A DNA stretch of 56,877 bases, the filler included, from Dugesia japonica (Eukaryota), in the NCBI GenBank assembly GCA_001938525.1. It is 5 parts of 5 records of this genome, joined end to end, with 100 filler letters (N's around TTAATTAATTAA, not from the genome) between each part and the next. Parts side by side here need not be neighbours in the genome. Positions count along the whole stretch, not along the records: positions 8,879 to 18,864 come from MQRL01623119.1; positions 18,965 to 29,343 come from MQRL01641458.1; 3 more parts are not named here. One strand, written 5' to 3'. Below the pieces are notes generated by a model. That model saw only the letters and a program-made list of their open reading frames with translations, had not been told where the DNA came from and made no database searches. Positions 10,000-22,093 of the stretch are shown here, piece after piece. Position 1 is the first letter of the stretch; each line of letters starts with the position of its first letter. Made by a program: the position numbers and the translations under genes.

Positions 10000-12900
10000 A
10001 TGGATGTTTCAACGTGGAATACGAGAGAAATCGTTGTACCAAACTCCTTGATTGAGCAGTTTTTCAAAATTATTGAAGAATTGAAAAATGTCAAGATCCA
10101 ATTTGAGATAAATGTTGAATTCGAAAAAGAAGAAGAAACAAAAACTTGTAGATTGTCGAATCGAGCTGTTGTATTAAGCGATTCTTTTTTAGAAGATGGA
10201 ATAAAACAGTTAAATGAAAAGATAGCTATACGAAGTGAACTTGGGTCTAGTTGGATACTGAGCCGCATACTGGAAATAAATTTTAAGATTATCAAGGTAT
10301 CCAATATTAGCCGATTATCTGGCCATAGTTATATACCTACCCCAGTCAACCTTTATAAGAAAAGGCAATTTTAAATATTCAGAACACTGAGAATAAGTGT
10401 TTTATATATAGNATCTTGGCTATTCTTAAACAAGATAAAGTTAGAGATAATAAATGTAGGATGTCCAATTATCAAAAATACATGTCTGAACTTGTATTTG
10501 ATGAAGGGGACATGCCAATGAAGCTTACAAATATACCAAAATTTGAAAAGCAAAACCCGGGTTTATCAATTAATATTTTATCATGGAATTCTCAATCAAT
10601 TGAGGACGATGATGATGTTATCATGAAGCATCCGAATTTAGACATTATACGTTGGTTTAAATGCGATGGAGAAAAGATTAATTTATTGTTATTGGAAGGT
10701 TCCAACAAATTTCATTACACTGCCGTAATGAATTTGAATACATTGATGAACAGGGATATTAAAAAGGGTGTGTTCGAATTCAATCAATCTGGTGCGAAAA
10801 TTGTCTCTACGAATTCAAGGATAATACTGCTTACAATACTCATGAGCCAATTTGCGAGAAAATTCAGACGGGCATCACATTATACAAGATGCCAACAGAA
10901 AAGAATCTGGAGTTTCAGGATTACTCCAAAACTATAACTCCATCCTTTGTTATATATGCTTATTTCGAATCAGTATTACCAAGCGATGAAAAGCATTTCC
11001 AGAAACATTTACCTGTTTCAGTTGGACTGTTTTTGGTAAATAATTTTACCAATGAAGTCAAATACACCCAGTTTATTGGAAATGAATGNNNNNNNNNNNN
11101 NNNNNNNNNNNNNNNNNNNNNNNNNNNNNNNNNNNNNNAAGGCTGTGGAGGAAATTGGTAATAATATAGTATATCCATATTATATTAAAGAAGGAAAAAA
11201 GAAACGAATTATAAATCCGGATCAAGAAATGGAATTTAAACATAGTACAATATGTTATTTGTGTAAAAAACCTTTAACTAATCCAGTTCGGGATCATGAC
11301 CATTTTACAGGTAAGTATATAGGAGCCACCTGTAATAAATGCAATTTGAGCAGAAGAATCAACTATCAATTACTAATAGTCTTCCATAATTTGAGAGAAT
11401 ATGACCTTTACCATATATTAAAGTACGGATTAAATAAATTTCTGCATTGGACCATGTCTTGCATACCAACAACATCACAAAAATTTCTATGTCTCATTGG
11501 ACATCTGAAAGAAATTACAATCAGATTTATTGACTCGTACCAATTTATTAGCTCTTCATTGAACGCAGCAGTCAAATCCTTAAAAGAGACACCTTTGACA
11601 ACAAATGAATTTAGAGATAGCAGAATAACAATGTTAAAGGGGATATTTCCTTATAATTATGCAACCAGTTTGCAAGTTCTGGTTGAAACAACAGCAATGC
11701 CACCAAGATGGGAGGAAGTTAGTGAGCAAAATTATCAAAAAACAGTGGAAATGTGGACTATAACAGGATGTGACAATCTATTGGATTATATGCTAGTATA
11801 TTTGAAACTAGATGTGTTTTAGTTAGCCGATTTCTTTCAACAGTTCAGGGCAAAATGATTGGCACATAATAATTTGGAGCCATTAACATTCTTTGGCATC
11901 CCGGGTATGAGTTGGGCATTTGCATTGATGTCATTAAATGAGCCAATTGAATTGTTGACAGATAATGATATGTATACCTTTTTTGAAGGGGGTATAAGAG
12001 GCGGGCTAACATTTGTAAATAAACACCATGTTGTTAGTAACGAAAACACGGATTTATTATACATCGACATCAACAATTTATATGGATGGGCATTAAGTCA
12101 GAAATTGCCCTATGCCAATTTCGAGTGGGTATATACTGGATTGGATTCAGTATTGGAAGAATGCAGAAGAGGAGATCTCGAAACGTTACCATATGGATAC
12201 ACATTAAAAGTAGATATAGTTATACCAGCAGAAATTCAAGACAAACTGAATGATTTGCCTGTTGCAGTAGAACATCAAAGTGCTCCGGGTAGTGAGGTGA
12301 TAAAATTGATGCTGACTCATTACCCGAAAGAAAGTTATATCATACACTGGAGATTGCTGCAAATTTATTTGCAATTAGGTGTAAAAATAACAAAGGTACA
12401 TAGAGGGGTTAAGGTCAACCAGGCATCTATTTTCACCCAATATATAGATGTTAACACTAAATTAAGATCAGAGTGTAAATCAGAGTTGGAGAAGAATTAT
12501 TATAAGCTTTTAAATAATAACCTGTATGGTAAAACAGTTGAAAATTTAAAGAAGAGAATGGATTTAAAATTGTGTAATTCAGCTCAAAAATTGATGACAT
12601 ATACATCAAAAGCTGGATTCAGAAAAACCACTAAAATTGATTATGATCTAATAGCTGTTTGGTTGAACAGAGATATTGTTTGTTTGGATCGACCGAGTTA
12701 CATAGGACAGACTGTACTTGACTTAAGCAAATTAAGAATGTACCGATTACAGTACATTGGGTTGGAAAAGTACAGACAGAAAGAGAATTGTAAGATAAAT
12801 ATAGTAGCCGGTGATACCGATAGTTTTTTCTTAGAAGTGGTAGACAAAATTTTGGAAAAACTGACCGGATTAATGAAGAAAGATCAGCTATTAGATACGT

Positions 12901-13268
12901 CCAAATACAACACAAACCATCTCCTTTACAGCAACAGTTTAAATTCAGTAATTGGCAAGTTCAAGGATGAGAGTAAAGGGAAAAAATATCAAAAATGGAT
13001 ATTTTTGAGACCGAAATGTTTTAGCGTACTTAGCGAGAAAGAATCAATGAAAGCTAAGGGCATAACATTGAAAAACACTGAAATTTTTCATCAGCCATAC
13101 CTTAACTGTTATAATAATAATGAAATGGTCTCAGTAGAGCAATTTCGAATAACATCGAAAAATCATCATCTCTACAGTATTAAGAATAAAAAGATAGCTC
13201 TGTCTAATAAGGATGATAAGCGAGTATGGACAGAGAAAAAGTTAAGATTACCATACGGGCATTATTGA
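10000..13268 (+). pseudogene. Maverick/Polinton-type protein-primed family B DNA polymerase with endonuclease VII-like insertion (frameshifted, with stops)
   Basis: N-terminal GSSWILSRI..SGHSYIPTP, NKCF and FHYTAV. Exonuclease motifs VIYAYFES, FHNLREYD and FIDSYQF. EndoVII-like CYLC..VRDHDH..CNKCN. Polymerase motifs YIDINNLYG (A), KLLNNNLYGK (B), AGDTDS (C), KAKG and DDKR..PYGHY. Confidence 0.93.
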
Positions 13269-13500
13269 TTGTAATGCTTTTCCTCAATCAAGATCTATCC
13301 AGCTCAATCATGCTCAATCTAGTCTATCTCAAAGTATGAAATTATTTGATTTTAGATAATATTAAAAAATTTTATATTCANNNNNNNNNNNNNNNNNNNN
13401 NNNNNNNNAACGTGTAACAGTCGTCTTTAGGACCACAAATATTGATTGAGAGTATATAAGTCGTCATTAGGGCTCAAAATTATAATTTCGAGAAAGAGAT

Positions 13501-13830
13501 TTAAACAAAGAACATGCAATACAGATGCAATTCAAGGGGGGAAACCATGAGTCATACTTGTGCAACTTGAATGCAAGTTAAACAAAGACATTGCAACTCA
13601 AATGTAAGTATACAATCAGCATGAGTGATACAGCTGAGCAATAATAATGCAAGTTAAACAAAGAAAATGCAATACAGGTAGAAGTCATCAACAACTGAGT
13701 CATACATGTGCAACTGGAATGCTAGTTAAACAATGACAATGCAACTCAAATGTAAGTATACAATGTGCATGAGTAATGTATTTCGGCAATAAGAATGCAA
13801 GTTAAACAAAGAAAATGAAGTTGCAACAGT
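13501..13830 (+). repeat. Higher-order tandem array, ~75-bp monomers alternating A/B (~150-bp dimer)
   Basis: TTAAACAAWGA recurs at 13501, 13578, 13654, 13726 and 13802. Units 1 and 3 resemble each other, as do units 2 and 4. Confidence 0.85.
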
Positions 13831-14972
13831 GGCCAATATANNNNNNNNNNNNNNNNNNNNNNNNNNNNNNNNNNNNNNNNNNNNNNNNNNNNNNNNNNNN
13901 NNNNNNNNNNNNNNNNNNNNNNNNNNNNNNNNNNNNNNNNNNNNNNNNNNNNNNNNNNNNNNNNNNNNNNNNNNNNNNNNNNNNNNNNNNNNNNNNNNNN
14001 NNNNNNNNNNNNNNNNNNNNNNNNNNNNNNNNNNNNNNNNNNNNNNNNNNNNNNNNNNNNNNNNNNNNNNNNNNNNNNNNNNNNCGAAGATGTACCAATG
14101 ATAGAAGAAGAAATACTGATAATTAAAGGTGCGGACCTTTAGAAAAATAAACAGATATTTTTGACTATTTTGATTGTTAACTATATGTTATCAAATAAAT
14201 ATTTGTTTGAAAATTGTTTGAAAATTATTTACAATTTATATGATTGTTATATAAGTAGAATTATAAAGAAATAATTATTATAATATAATAAAAAGATNNN
14301 NNNNNNNNNNNNNNNNNNNNNNNNNNNNNNNNNNNNNNNNNNNNNNNNNNNNNNNNNNNNNNNNNNNNNNNNNNNNNNNNNNNNNNNNNNNNNNNNNNNN
14401 NNNNAATATAAATAGAAAAGATATTATTCGTAAAATAAAGTATTAAATATTTAAAATGTAAAAGATATTATTATTTTGTAATTATTAATTTTATTATTAT
14501 TAGTTAAATATTATTATTTGTAAAGAAAAAAATCTGAATTATGAGAAGAAAGTTTTATATCGTTTAAAGGAATACAAATTAAATTAGAATTAAATATTGT
14601 TAGTAAATTATTTATATTTATTTATTGAAATATCGGTAATTAAATCTGTAAAACAGAGTTTCCAAAATTATTATTTTAAGTGATAAATATTATTAAAATT
14701 ATTATTATTCAATAAATATAATTAAATTTGATGAAAGAAATATATTTTGGTAATAAAAATTATATGAAAAGAAAGAGAAATCAATTTTATGTAAAAATTA
14801 ATTAAGGATATTTGATTATTTATATTTGTTCATTTAGTTATTTGTATTTATAAATCATAAACAAGTTTTCTAAAATTATTATTATGATCGATAAATATTA
14901 TTTTTACAAGCCGTGCAAGTTCCAACCAGTAAATTATCAGAAGTTTTGTTGACATTTACAATTAGATTTTTT

Positions 14973-15249
14973 TGAGCACCGTGTATTGCAGTTACATAAA
15001 AATCAATGATGCTGATGACATTTACAATCAAATGTGTCGGGTGAGCACCGAACAGTATATTCAACTCAAAATTATACGTGTCCGGTGAGCACCGCACTTT
15101 GTTAATAAAATAATAAAAATCTACAAAATCTATGAAGCCGAGTGAGCACTGGTAATCATACAGAAACATTGATAAAGTACGGATAATATGATGAAAAAAT
15201 AATCATGACTAAATATAGTCATTTATATAGAATCTGCGAGTGAGCACCG
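14973..15249 (+). repeat. Cluster of five (G)TGAGCACYG motifs
   Basis: Copies at 14973, 15041, 15085, 15142 and 15240 with irregular spacing. Confidence 0.75.
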
Positions 15250-15588
15250 CACGATTCTGCAAATATTTGAAGTGGACACCCACAAACTTGTCAGTCTCTG
15301 ATGGTAGAAAAATTACTGTAAAAGAAAATGCAAAAATCAGACAAAAAACGTAACACAAAAACTAAAAAATCTTATATTTCATCTTAATTTTGATAAGCTC
15401 ATTAGAGACATTTATCTCTTTAAAAATTTTTGAAAGGAATCGTGAAAAAGTAATTTTCTATTATTATTTGATAAAATATATGAACGGAATACTGGGATGG
15501 TGTTCATCGTTGACGAGCGCCGCTTGCAACGATGGACATCAGGGCTCAGAGATCCGTATAATGAGAGATCATTCACCAACATAGAAAC

Positions 15589-15745
15589 CTGATGATAAGA
15601 GATATANNNNNNNNNNNNNNNNNNNNNNNNNNNNNATATATGAATATGAGAGTTAAATCTAAGGATAAGAGATATATGATTATGAGAGTTAAATCTGATG
15701 ATAAGAAATATATGAATATGATAGTTAAATATGATGATAAGAGAT
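15589..15745 (+). repeat. 36-bp minisatellite
   Basis: Unit GATGATAAGAGATATATGAATATGAGAGTTAAATCT, about 4 copies, partly N-masked. Confidence 0.85.
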
Positions 15746-16593
15746 GGAGATGCGGAATATATGAAATGGCAAATGTTTATGAGAGATGAAAGTCACCATG
15801 AGAAATGTGATTATGAGAACTGATAACGATTAAATGTTAATGAATTATGAGATATGAGTGCAAAATAAATAATGTATATGCGAGAGGAAAATTAAATGTT
15901 TATGTAAGAGCTGTGATTAGTTATTGAATGAAAAAGATGATGGTGGTTAGAGAGATAAGTAGCAATCATGAAAAATTGTTGATAGTATGATAGTCAACGA
16001 ATGTATATGCATATGAAAGAGATGTGTAAGAGATAGTGCGAGATGATGAATGGACAATAGTGGTGTTGGTTGAATCCTTTCGAGATAATTTTGTTGTTCT
16101 AATGATTTATTTGTGTATACAGTTATGACAAGATTGTAAATGTGGTAAAAATATTAATTTATTTTATATTTAGGAATGCCTTTTATTTCATTATGTATCT
16201 TTAAATTTTAGATTAACATACAAATAAATTCTTAGATATCTTTTACCTTTAGAACTCTAAAAGATAATGCCAGTCGCAGGAGCACCATCCATCAGTTTGA
16301 GGGATATGGATCGTCAAATGAATTAAAATATTGTTCGAACGATTGGATAGAAAGTTTGATCCCATCGAAATGATCATTGTAATGACTCGATATTAAGTAT
16401 AAGGAAGATTGAAGAACAATGAGGCGATCAAAGATGAAAGCAAATGAAAGATGATCCACTTTTAACCATATTGACGGGTGATCGATGCTGTGCTGTAAAA
16501 AGATACTTTTGTAAATATTATTTGATGATAGTTTATATTAAAATATTGTTATATTCTTAACTAATATGTAGTATTAGTTGTATTTCCATCTAG

Positions 16594-17124
16594 ATGACTA
16601 AACAATTTATCAAACTAGAAGCTATGCAATCCTTAGAACCAGCTGGTTGTACATTTGAGACAAATTTATGCAATAACATGCCACCAGTTTGGGATTCAGT
16701 AAGCACCAAAGGAACAGAGAGCAATCCGTGGTGGATCACTCAAGATCAACTACAGATAAAGAACCAAGAGATAAGAGCAATGCGCGAGGAGGTAATCAGA
16801 CAGCGCCAGCAGTTCTCCGACCAAATCCAATGCATAAATAAACTGCAAATCTAAGTAGACGAACAGGAACAGCGGTATCAGTTTCAGCTTACGTAGCTCT
16901 TAGAATGGCAACAAGAGCAAGAGAAGGAGTTAGTCTCGCTATTAATTCGATCAACAGAACTCGCGAAGCAACAACAACATGTGATCCAAGTAATGAGAAC
17001 CGCCCAATTAGAGGCCGAAGAGTATTCCAAACTGTCAGAAAGGTTGAATAGCAAAGTAGAAGTAGTGCTACAACACGTGCTTATGATATTGGACGAAACA
17101 AATATTGTAGAAACTACAGTGTGA
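16594..17124 (+). pseudogene. Orphan Q/E-rich coiled-coil ORF with in-frame stops
   Basis: The frame of ORF 16594-16854 continues past two stops (..QI*VDEQEQRYQ..ETNIVETTV*). An AG acceptor lies immediately before 16594, and GC is higher than in the flanks. Confidence 0.45.
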
Positions 17125-17396
17125 TAAATCTGTGTGTTAAAATCAATACAGTTTTCTACTTCTAAGTTATTTTAATTATTTAATGTGTCAAATTCTAACG
17201 TAATATTCATGACCTTTTTTATAATCAATTGCAACTGATAATATTACCGTAATAATTAAAATAAAAGGCTCGATGCTAACATAAACTAAAATGAAAAATT
17301 GAGGTGTCAGTATTAAACATAAAGATCTTTTATTATACCTCATAATGAAATTAATTACATCTTACGTTAATAAAATGTTTACTATAATTAATAACA

Positions 17397-17714
17397 GTGT
17401 ATGATGTAAAACAACTAACTGATACCTCAATGGCGGATCTTCGAGCAAAATGGTGTGCTATGCAAAAGAAATTAAAGAATAAAATTATAAAGCTCCAACA
17501 TAAGAATACTCAGCTTTGGAACAAAGTAAATACCCTTAAAGAACGAGATCTCGCGTTGTCACAAAGATGTCGAGCCATGGCGGATATCAACAAGGCTTAC
17601 ACGGACATGGAAGAAGTGTTGATCGCAACTGTAAAGACATTAACTCAGACAGTAAAATCAACGTCAAAAGTAGTCGGAGGAAAGCTGAAGGAAGTTATTG
17701 AATTGGATGAGTAA
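17397..17714 (+). CDS. Orphan coiled-coil ORF, probably a terminal exon
   Basis: 105 codons with a heptad-like pattern. It is preceded by an AACAG acceptor and followed by AATAAA. Confidence 0.4.
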   Translation: MYDVKQLTDTSMADLRAKWCAMQKKLKNKIIKLQHKNTQLWNKVNTLKERDLALSQRCRAMADINKAYTDMEEVLIATVKTLTQTVKSTSKVVGGKLKEVIELDE

Positions 17715-17836
17715 TAAACATTGGATGAGTGATAACCATTGATTCGAATAAAATTTTGTAAAGAATGTATTTTGAATTTTCGATGATTAAGAAATGATAC
17801 TTAAGAGAAGAAAGAACGGTGGTCGAAAGATGAATA

Positions 17837-18543
17837 TTAAAGATCAGTAGAAACAATATTAAACAACCTCAAAAAGCCTAGTAACCCAACAACTGTATGA
17901 TTTACTGGTTTCTTATAATTTCGATTTGTAACTCTCGAGTAACTTCTAACTGCACCAACTCGATCTCTGTTTTTCTCTACTCGATCTAATAACTTCATTG
18001 TTTCTTCAATTTCTTCTATATTCTCTAGTTTCCGCAAAGTCAATTCTTCTTCTACTTTTTTGTTATCTGAACAATATACTAGCATCTTTGCAACCATTTT
18101 TTCTTCGGTAAAATCTTTACTTGTAAATAATCTTTTTACTAAATCTTTTAAAATTGTAAAATAAACTTGAATCTCTTCATTTCTACGCATGTAGTTAATC
18201 AAATTTTGAAAATCTTTGATAACATCTTTCTTTTTCCCAAATGCAATACGTAAGAAGCCTGAAAACCTTCAACTTCTTTCAAAGTCTTTGCATATTCTTC
18301 CAACAAATCTTCATCTAACAAACACAAAACTAATCTCTCCTGTGGTTTCCCATATGTGATGTTTTTAGCTTCAAAATATAATTCACAACGCTTGATGAAT
18401 TTCTCAATATCATCTCCTCTGCAGAATAAATTCGGCAATAAACTCTCTGTAATAGAATCGGTATTTACCGCTGCCACCATGTTAGGTATAACTTCAATTG
18501 GTATTTCATTTTGCAATTCACTCCTAATATTTTGAGACATCAT
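17837..18543 (-). mobile_element. Ty3/Gypsy gag-like pseudogene (frameshifted, 3'-truncated)
   Basis: LLPNLFCRGDDIEKFIKRCELYFEAK...LVLCLLDEDL and MRRNEEIQVYFTILKDL (major-homology-region-like). Confidence 0.6.
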
Positions 18544-18864
18544 TTATTTTACGACTACAAATCAAGTTTAATATAAATAATATTGAATACAGGCATTTCA
18601 ATATTAATATTTATATAACTCTATTTCTATCAAGTAAAATTATTAATTAATAATTATTTCCTCATAAAGGTAGTATTACTACTTCAAATTAATATTTGTC
18701 TACTGTAAAATGGTTTCATGTATAATTGAGTATTCAATATTTCACCAAGTTATTTTTGATTAAACTGTCCAGAAAAGGAAACTGGAAGTCAATTGACTTC
18801 TTTAAATTGAATTTCATGTTATCATTAATACGATTGGCTTTTCTAAATTTTTTTCTCTAAAGGA

Positions 18865-18964
18865 NNNNNNNNNNNNNNNNNNNNNNNNNNNNNNNNNNNN
18901 NNNNNNNNTTAATTAATTAANNNNNNNNNNNNNNNNNNNNNNNNNNNNNNNNNNNNNNNNNNNN
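18865..18964. other. Artificial contig linker
   Basis: N44-TTAATTAATTAA-N44. Confidence 0.95.
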
Positions 18965-20640
18965 AAATAAATTTTTGATTCTAATGTATTCTAAAATTGT
19001 TTTTGATAAATTAAATTAAAGGGAAAAATGTTGAACCCGAAGCAAAGGTATACATGTGTGCACCTCAAATAAATGTTGGAGGTCAACCACTCTATACCGA
19101 AAATCTAAATAGGGACTTAAGTTCAAATTCTTGAAAGAGTGCTGGTATAAGGTTATCCAATTTAGTAGCCAATTCTATTCGTTGGATATGTTATCTCTGA
19201 TTGAAGGACAAATGATTCCTTCAACTTTTCGCTCCATATTCCATAAGTTATAAACAATGTAGGTACTTTGTACTTAATAATATTTCATTGACTAGCTTTC
19301 TTACTCTAATTTCAAAATTTCGTTATTTTCTTTTTGGTTTCTGAATTTTTTTTGACAAAATCGAAACTAAATCAACTAATGTTTCTTAAATTATGAATGA
19401 TTCTTGAAACCAAAGTTCACAAATTTCATTAGATAATTTTTTAACTTCTTTTGTTTTTCGAAAAAAGGTTTGTCGTTCATCTTTTTCTTTCTTTGCCATC
19501 GTGTTCACTGTAGCGTGATCGTCAGTTAGAACACAAGATTCTTCCATAAATATTTATTTATTAAAATTCAATAATAATTGAAAAACTGATAATATTTAAA
19601 CAAAGTTTTACAATTAAAATAATATTAATAATTTTCTAAATTATTAAACCATAACTATATATCTCTTCTAGAGTTAATTTTAAAAAAAAATATAAATCTA
19701 TTGAGTTATTATTCAATTTTATCTAAGTATGAAGTTGAATATCAGACTTTTTATATATGTAATTGCAATTTTACTTAATCTGTCATTTCATTCAGTTGAG
19801 TATTCACAAATAAAATTAAATAAAATCCATTTAAAATTTAAATCTAAGGGTTTATTCTTATTCATATTTCATATTAATTTAAGCTTTAAGATTTCACGTC
19901 AATGTGCTTTTATAATGAATATAAAGATAAATTTACAAGTTTATTATTTTTATTGAATAATTTTGTCATAATTTTTTTTAAAAATAATAATAGACAAATT
20001 TGAATTTTTACTACAATTACAATTTATTAATGTTATAATTTTAACTAGAACATTTCAATAACAGTTTAAAATTAAGTAAATAAATTTTCATTGAAATGAT
20101 TGAAAAATAATTTCTAATAATCATTTTACATGTAAATAAAATTAAAAATTGTTTTATGCTACTCATTTTTATGAATATTAAAACGATTTTTCTCCTTTTG
20201 AATATAGAATATATTTTCATATGAGAATAACTGTTGAAGTTTAGTAATAATTACTATTCTAGATTGTTCAAAGTTGAATAAATTGATGATTTAGTCTAAT
20301 ATCAGGTCTCAGGTTCAATAATTCAACATCATATGCAATATTTGCAATATAATATATTATGCAATATATTTTCTCCATGCAACCTATATTAAATGAAACT
20401 TTATCTAGATTATTAACTGAAAATAAAGTAGAATATCCAGTTTTATTGCTCAATCAGTAATCATATTCACAATTTGATGAAAGAAGAATTGTTCCAAGTT
20501 AAGTAATTAAAGTTAGTTTAAATTATTTTAAACTAGTAAAATATAGGTAAGGTAGGTAATATAAAAAANNNNNNNNNNNNNNNNNNNNNNNNNNNNNNNN
20601 NNNNNNNNNNNNNNNNNNTTAAAGGTACCTTTTTGTTATC

Positions 20641-21109
20641 TAAAGGGGCCAGTCTACTAAATTTATTCTTTTTTAATTTTATTTAGATTTTATTTTGTGC
20701 CAAGTTTCCCCATATTCTGATGTTATCCAATTTTAAATTTCACCGTAATCTCTATATTTTTAAATCCTCTCTGGCTGCGTTATCCTTTTCCTCTTTCGAC
20801 TCCTCGTCCTACTCAAAAGAAATATGTACACATTAACTTTGTTGTGTGTGTGTGCTTTCATTGGATTGCCTAATTTTCGTTTGAATACAATACAAACCAA
20901 AATTATAAGTGATTAGTTTGATGAATAATTAATTATTTATAATTATTAGAAAACCGATATAATAAAATTAGTGCGATTTCAGATGAATACGTTAATAAAA
21001 ACCACAAGTATAAAGAAGTATATAAAAGTGATTTTAGAATACAGTACCAAAAAGACAGGTTTCTATCATTAGAGGGGTGAGCCTATTTGAGACATTAGTT
21101 CATAATTTA
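20641..21109 (+). repeat. Interspersed repeat copy 1 (probable non-autonomous DNA transposon end)
   Basis: Collinear with 27005-27511, sharing TAAAGGGGC..GTCTACTAAATTTATT, GGCTGCGTTATCCTTTTCCTCTTTCGACTCCTCGTCC and a (TG)n tract. Confidence 0.8.
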
Positions 21110-21434
21110 CTAAAATTGTAGTGTTCACTAAAATTTTAGACATAATTTTATTGCGATATTTGTAACTAAGATATAGATGCAAAATTAATTAAAAGAAATA
21201 ACAATCGTAGACTAAAATTTCTTACAAAGACAAGAAAAATTGTGTGAAGACTAACGTAACAAAAATTCGTTCCTCCATTTCACTTTTACATAAAAATGAA
21301 AATAATGATTAAATAAATGCGTTTAAACCTATCACTGCCTCTACAGACACAGAATTTTTTTAACCACAATGTGACATACATATCACATTAAGTAATTTAA
21401 TAAACAACTCTGACACTTGTACACATTAATACAT

Positions 21435-22093
21435 TTATTGAATCATTGATTCCACCGTGATAATCACTGGGTCTTGTGCCTCGGTCGTGACCCCAGTGTC
21501 ATCCATCAGCTGCTCCAAAACCTTTTCTTCGATCTTCTCCATCACGAAGCGGTGCTCAATTATTTGCTGGATCGCTGTCGAGAGCTCACGGACAACCGCT
21601 TGTATTTCTAGCCTCTGCTGCGCCAATTGTATTTCCAACTTTTCCTTATCTGCCCTGACTCTTTTCTATTGTCGCCGCAGCTGAAGGTGACGTTTCATTT
21701 GCTCCTGTTGACCCGCTCGCATCTCCTGTTTCTCTTTCTCATAAACGGCTTTTTGATCATCTAGCAGCTCGACTGCATTTCTCCAGGGACCCGGAATATC
21801 CCTTCATCCTCGTCATTGGAGAGCACTAAAATGTGTGCTTTGAAATATGCTGTCATTTTCTATTAAATGAAAAATTATCCTATGTTCTGATATTAATATT
21901 TAATATAATTTCAAGCAGAAAAAAATAAAAAATTAAACAGCGGACGTTTCTTCGGCATGCGGCCTAACTGTTCTTGTTCCTCGCTCCTAACATGCGAACC
22001 AAAGAAGATGGCGATTTGTAACCACCATATTTTCTCGCTCCCATGTTTGCAGAACTCTTGAAGGAGGTTCTATAAACGACGAATTTAACAAAC
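21435..22093 (-). pseudogene. Orphan spliced coiled-coil gene relic
   Basis: Upstream exon-like block at about 22093-21940. The terminal block reads KMTAYFKAHIL..PGPWRNAVELLDDQKAVYEKEKQEMRAGQQEQ..LEIQLAQQRLEIQAVVREL..ESMIQ*, with a stop and frameshifts. Confidence 0.45.

Noticed and set aside
13501-13830. CRISPR-like repeat/spacer look next to a PolB (casposon idea)
   Set aside because: Alternate spacers are homologous to each other, the repeats are degenerate, there is no cas1 or other cas gene, and the context is eukaryotic.
13802-14126. ORFs made largely of X residues (also near 23.4, 39.8, 45.2, 46.0 and 49.3 kb)
   Set aside because: They are open only because N runs contain no stop codons.
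15592-15789. Repeat protein YMNMRVKSDDK
   Set aside because: It is the translation of a 36-bp minisatellite with no other coding evidence.
19020-19547. Minus-strand coding-like relic (MEESCVLTDDH...)
   Set aside because: Multiple stops and no recognisable motif.
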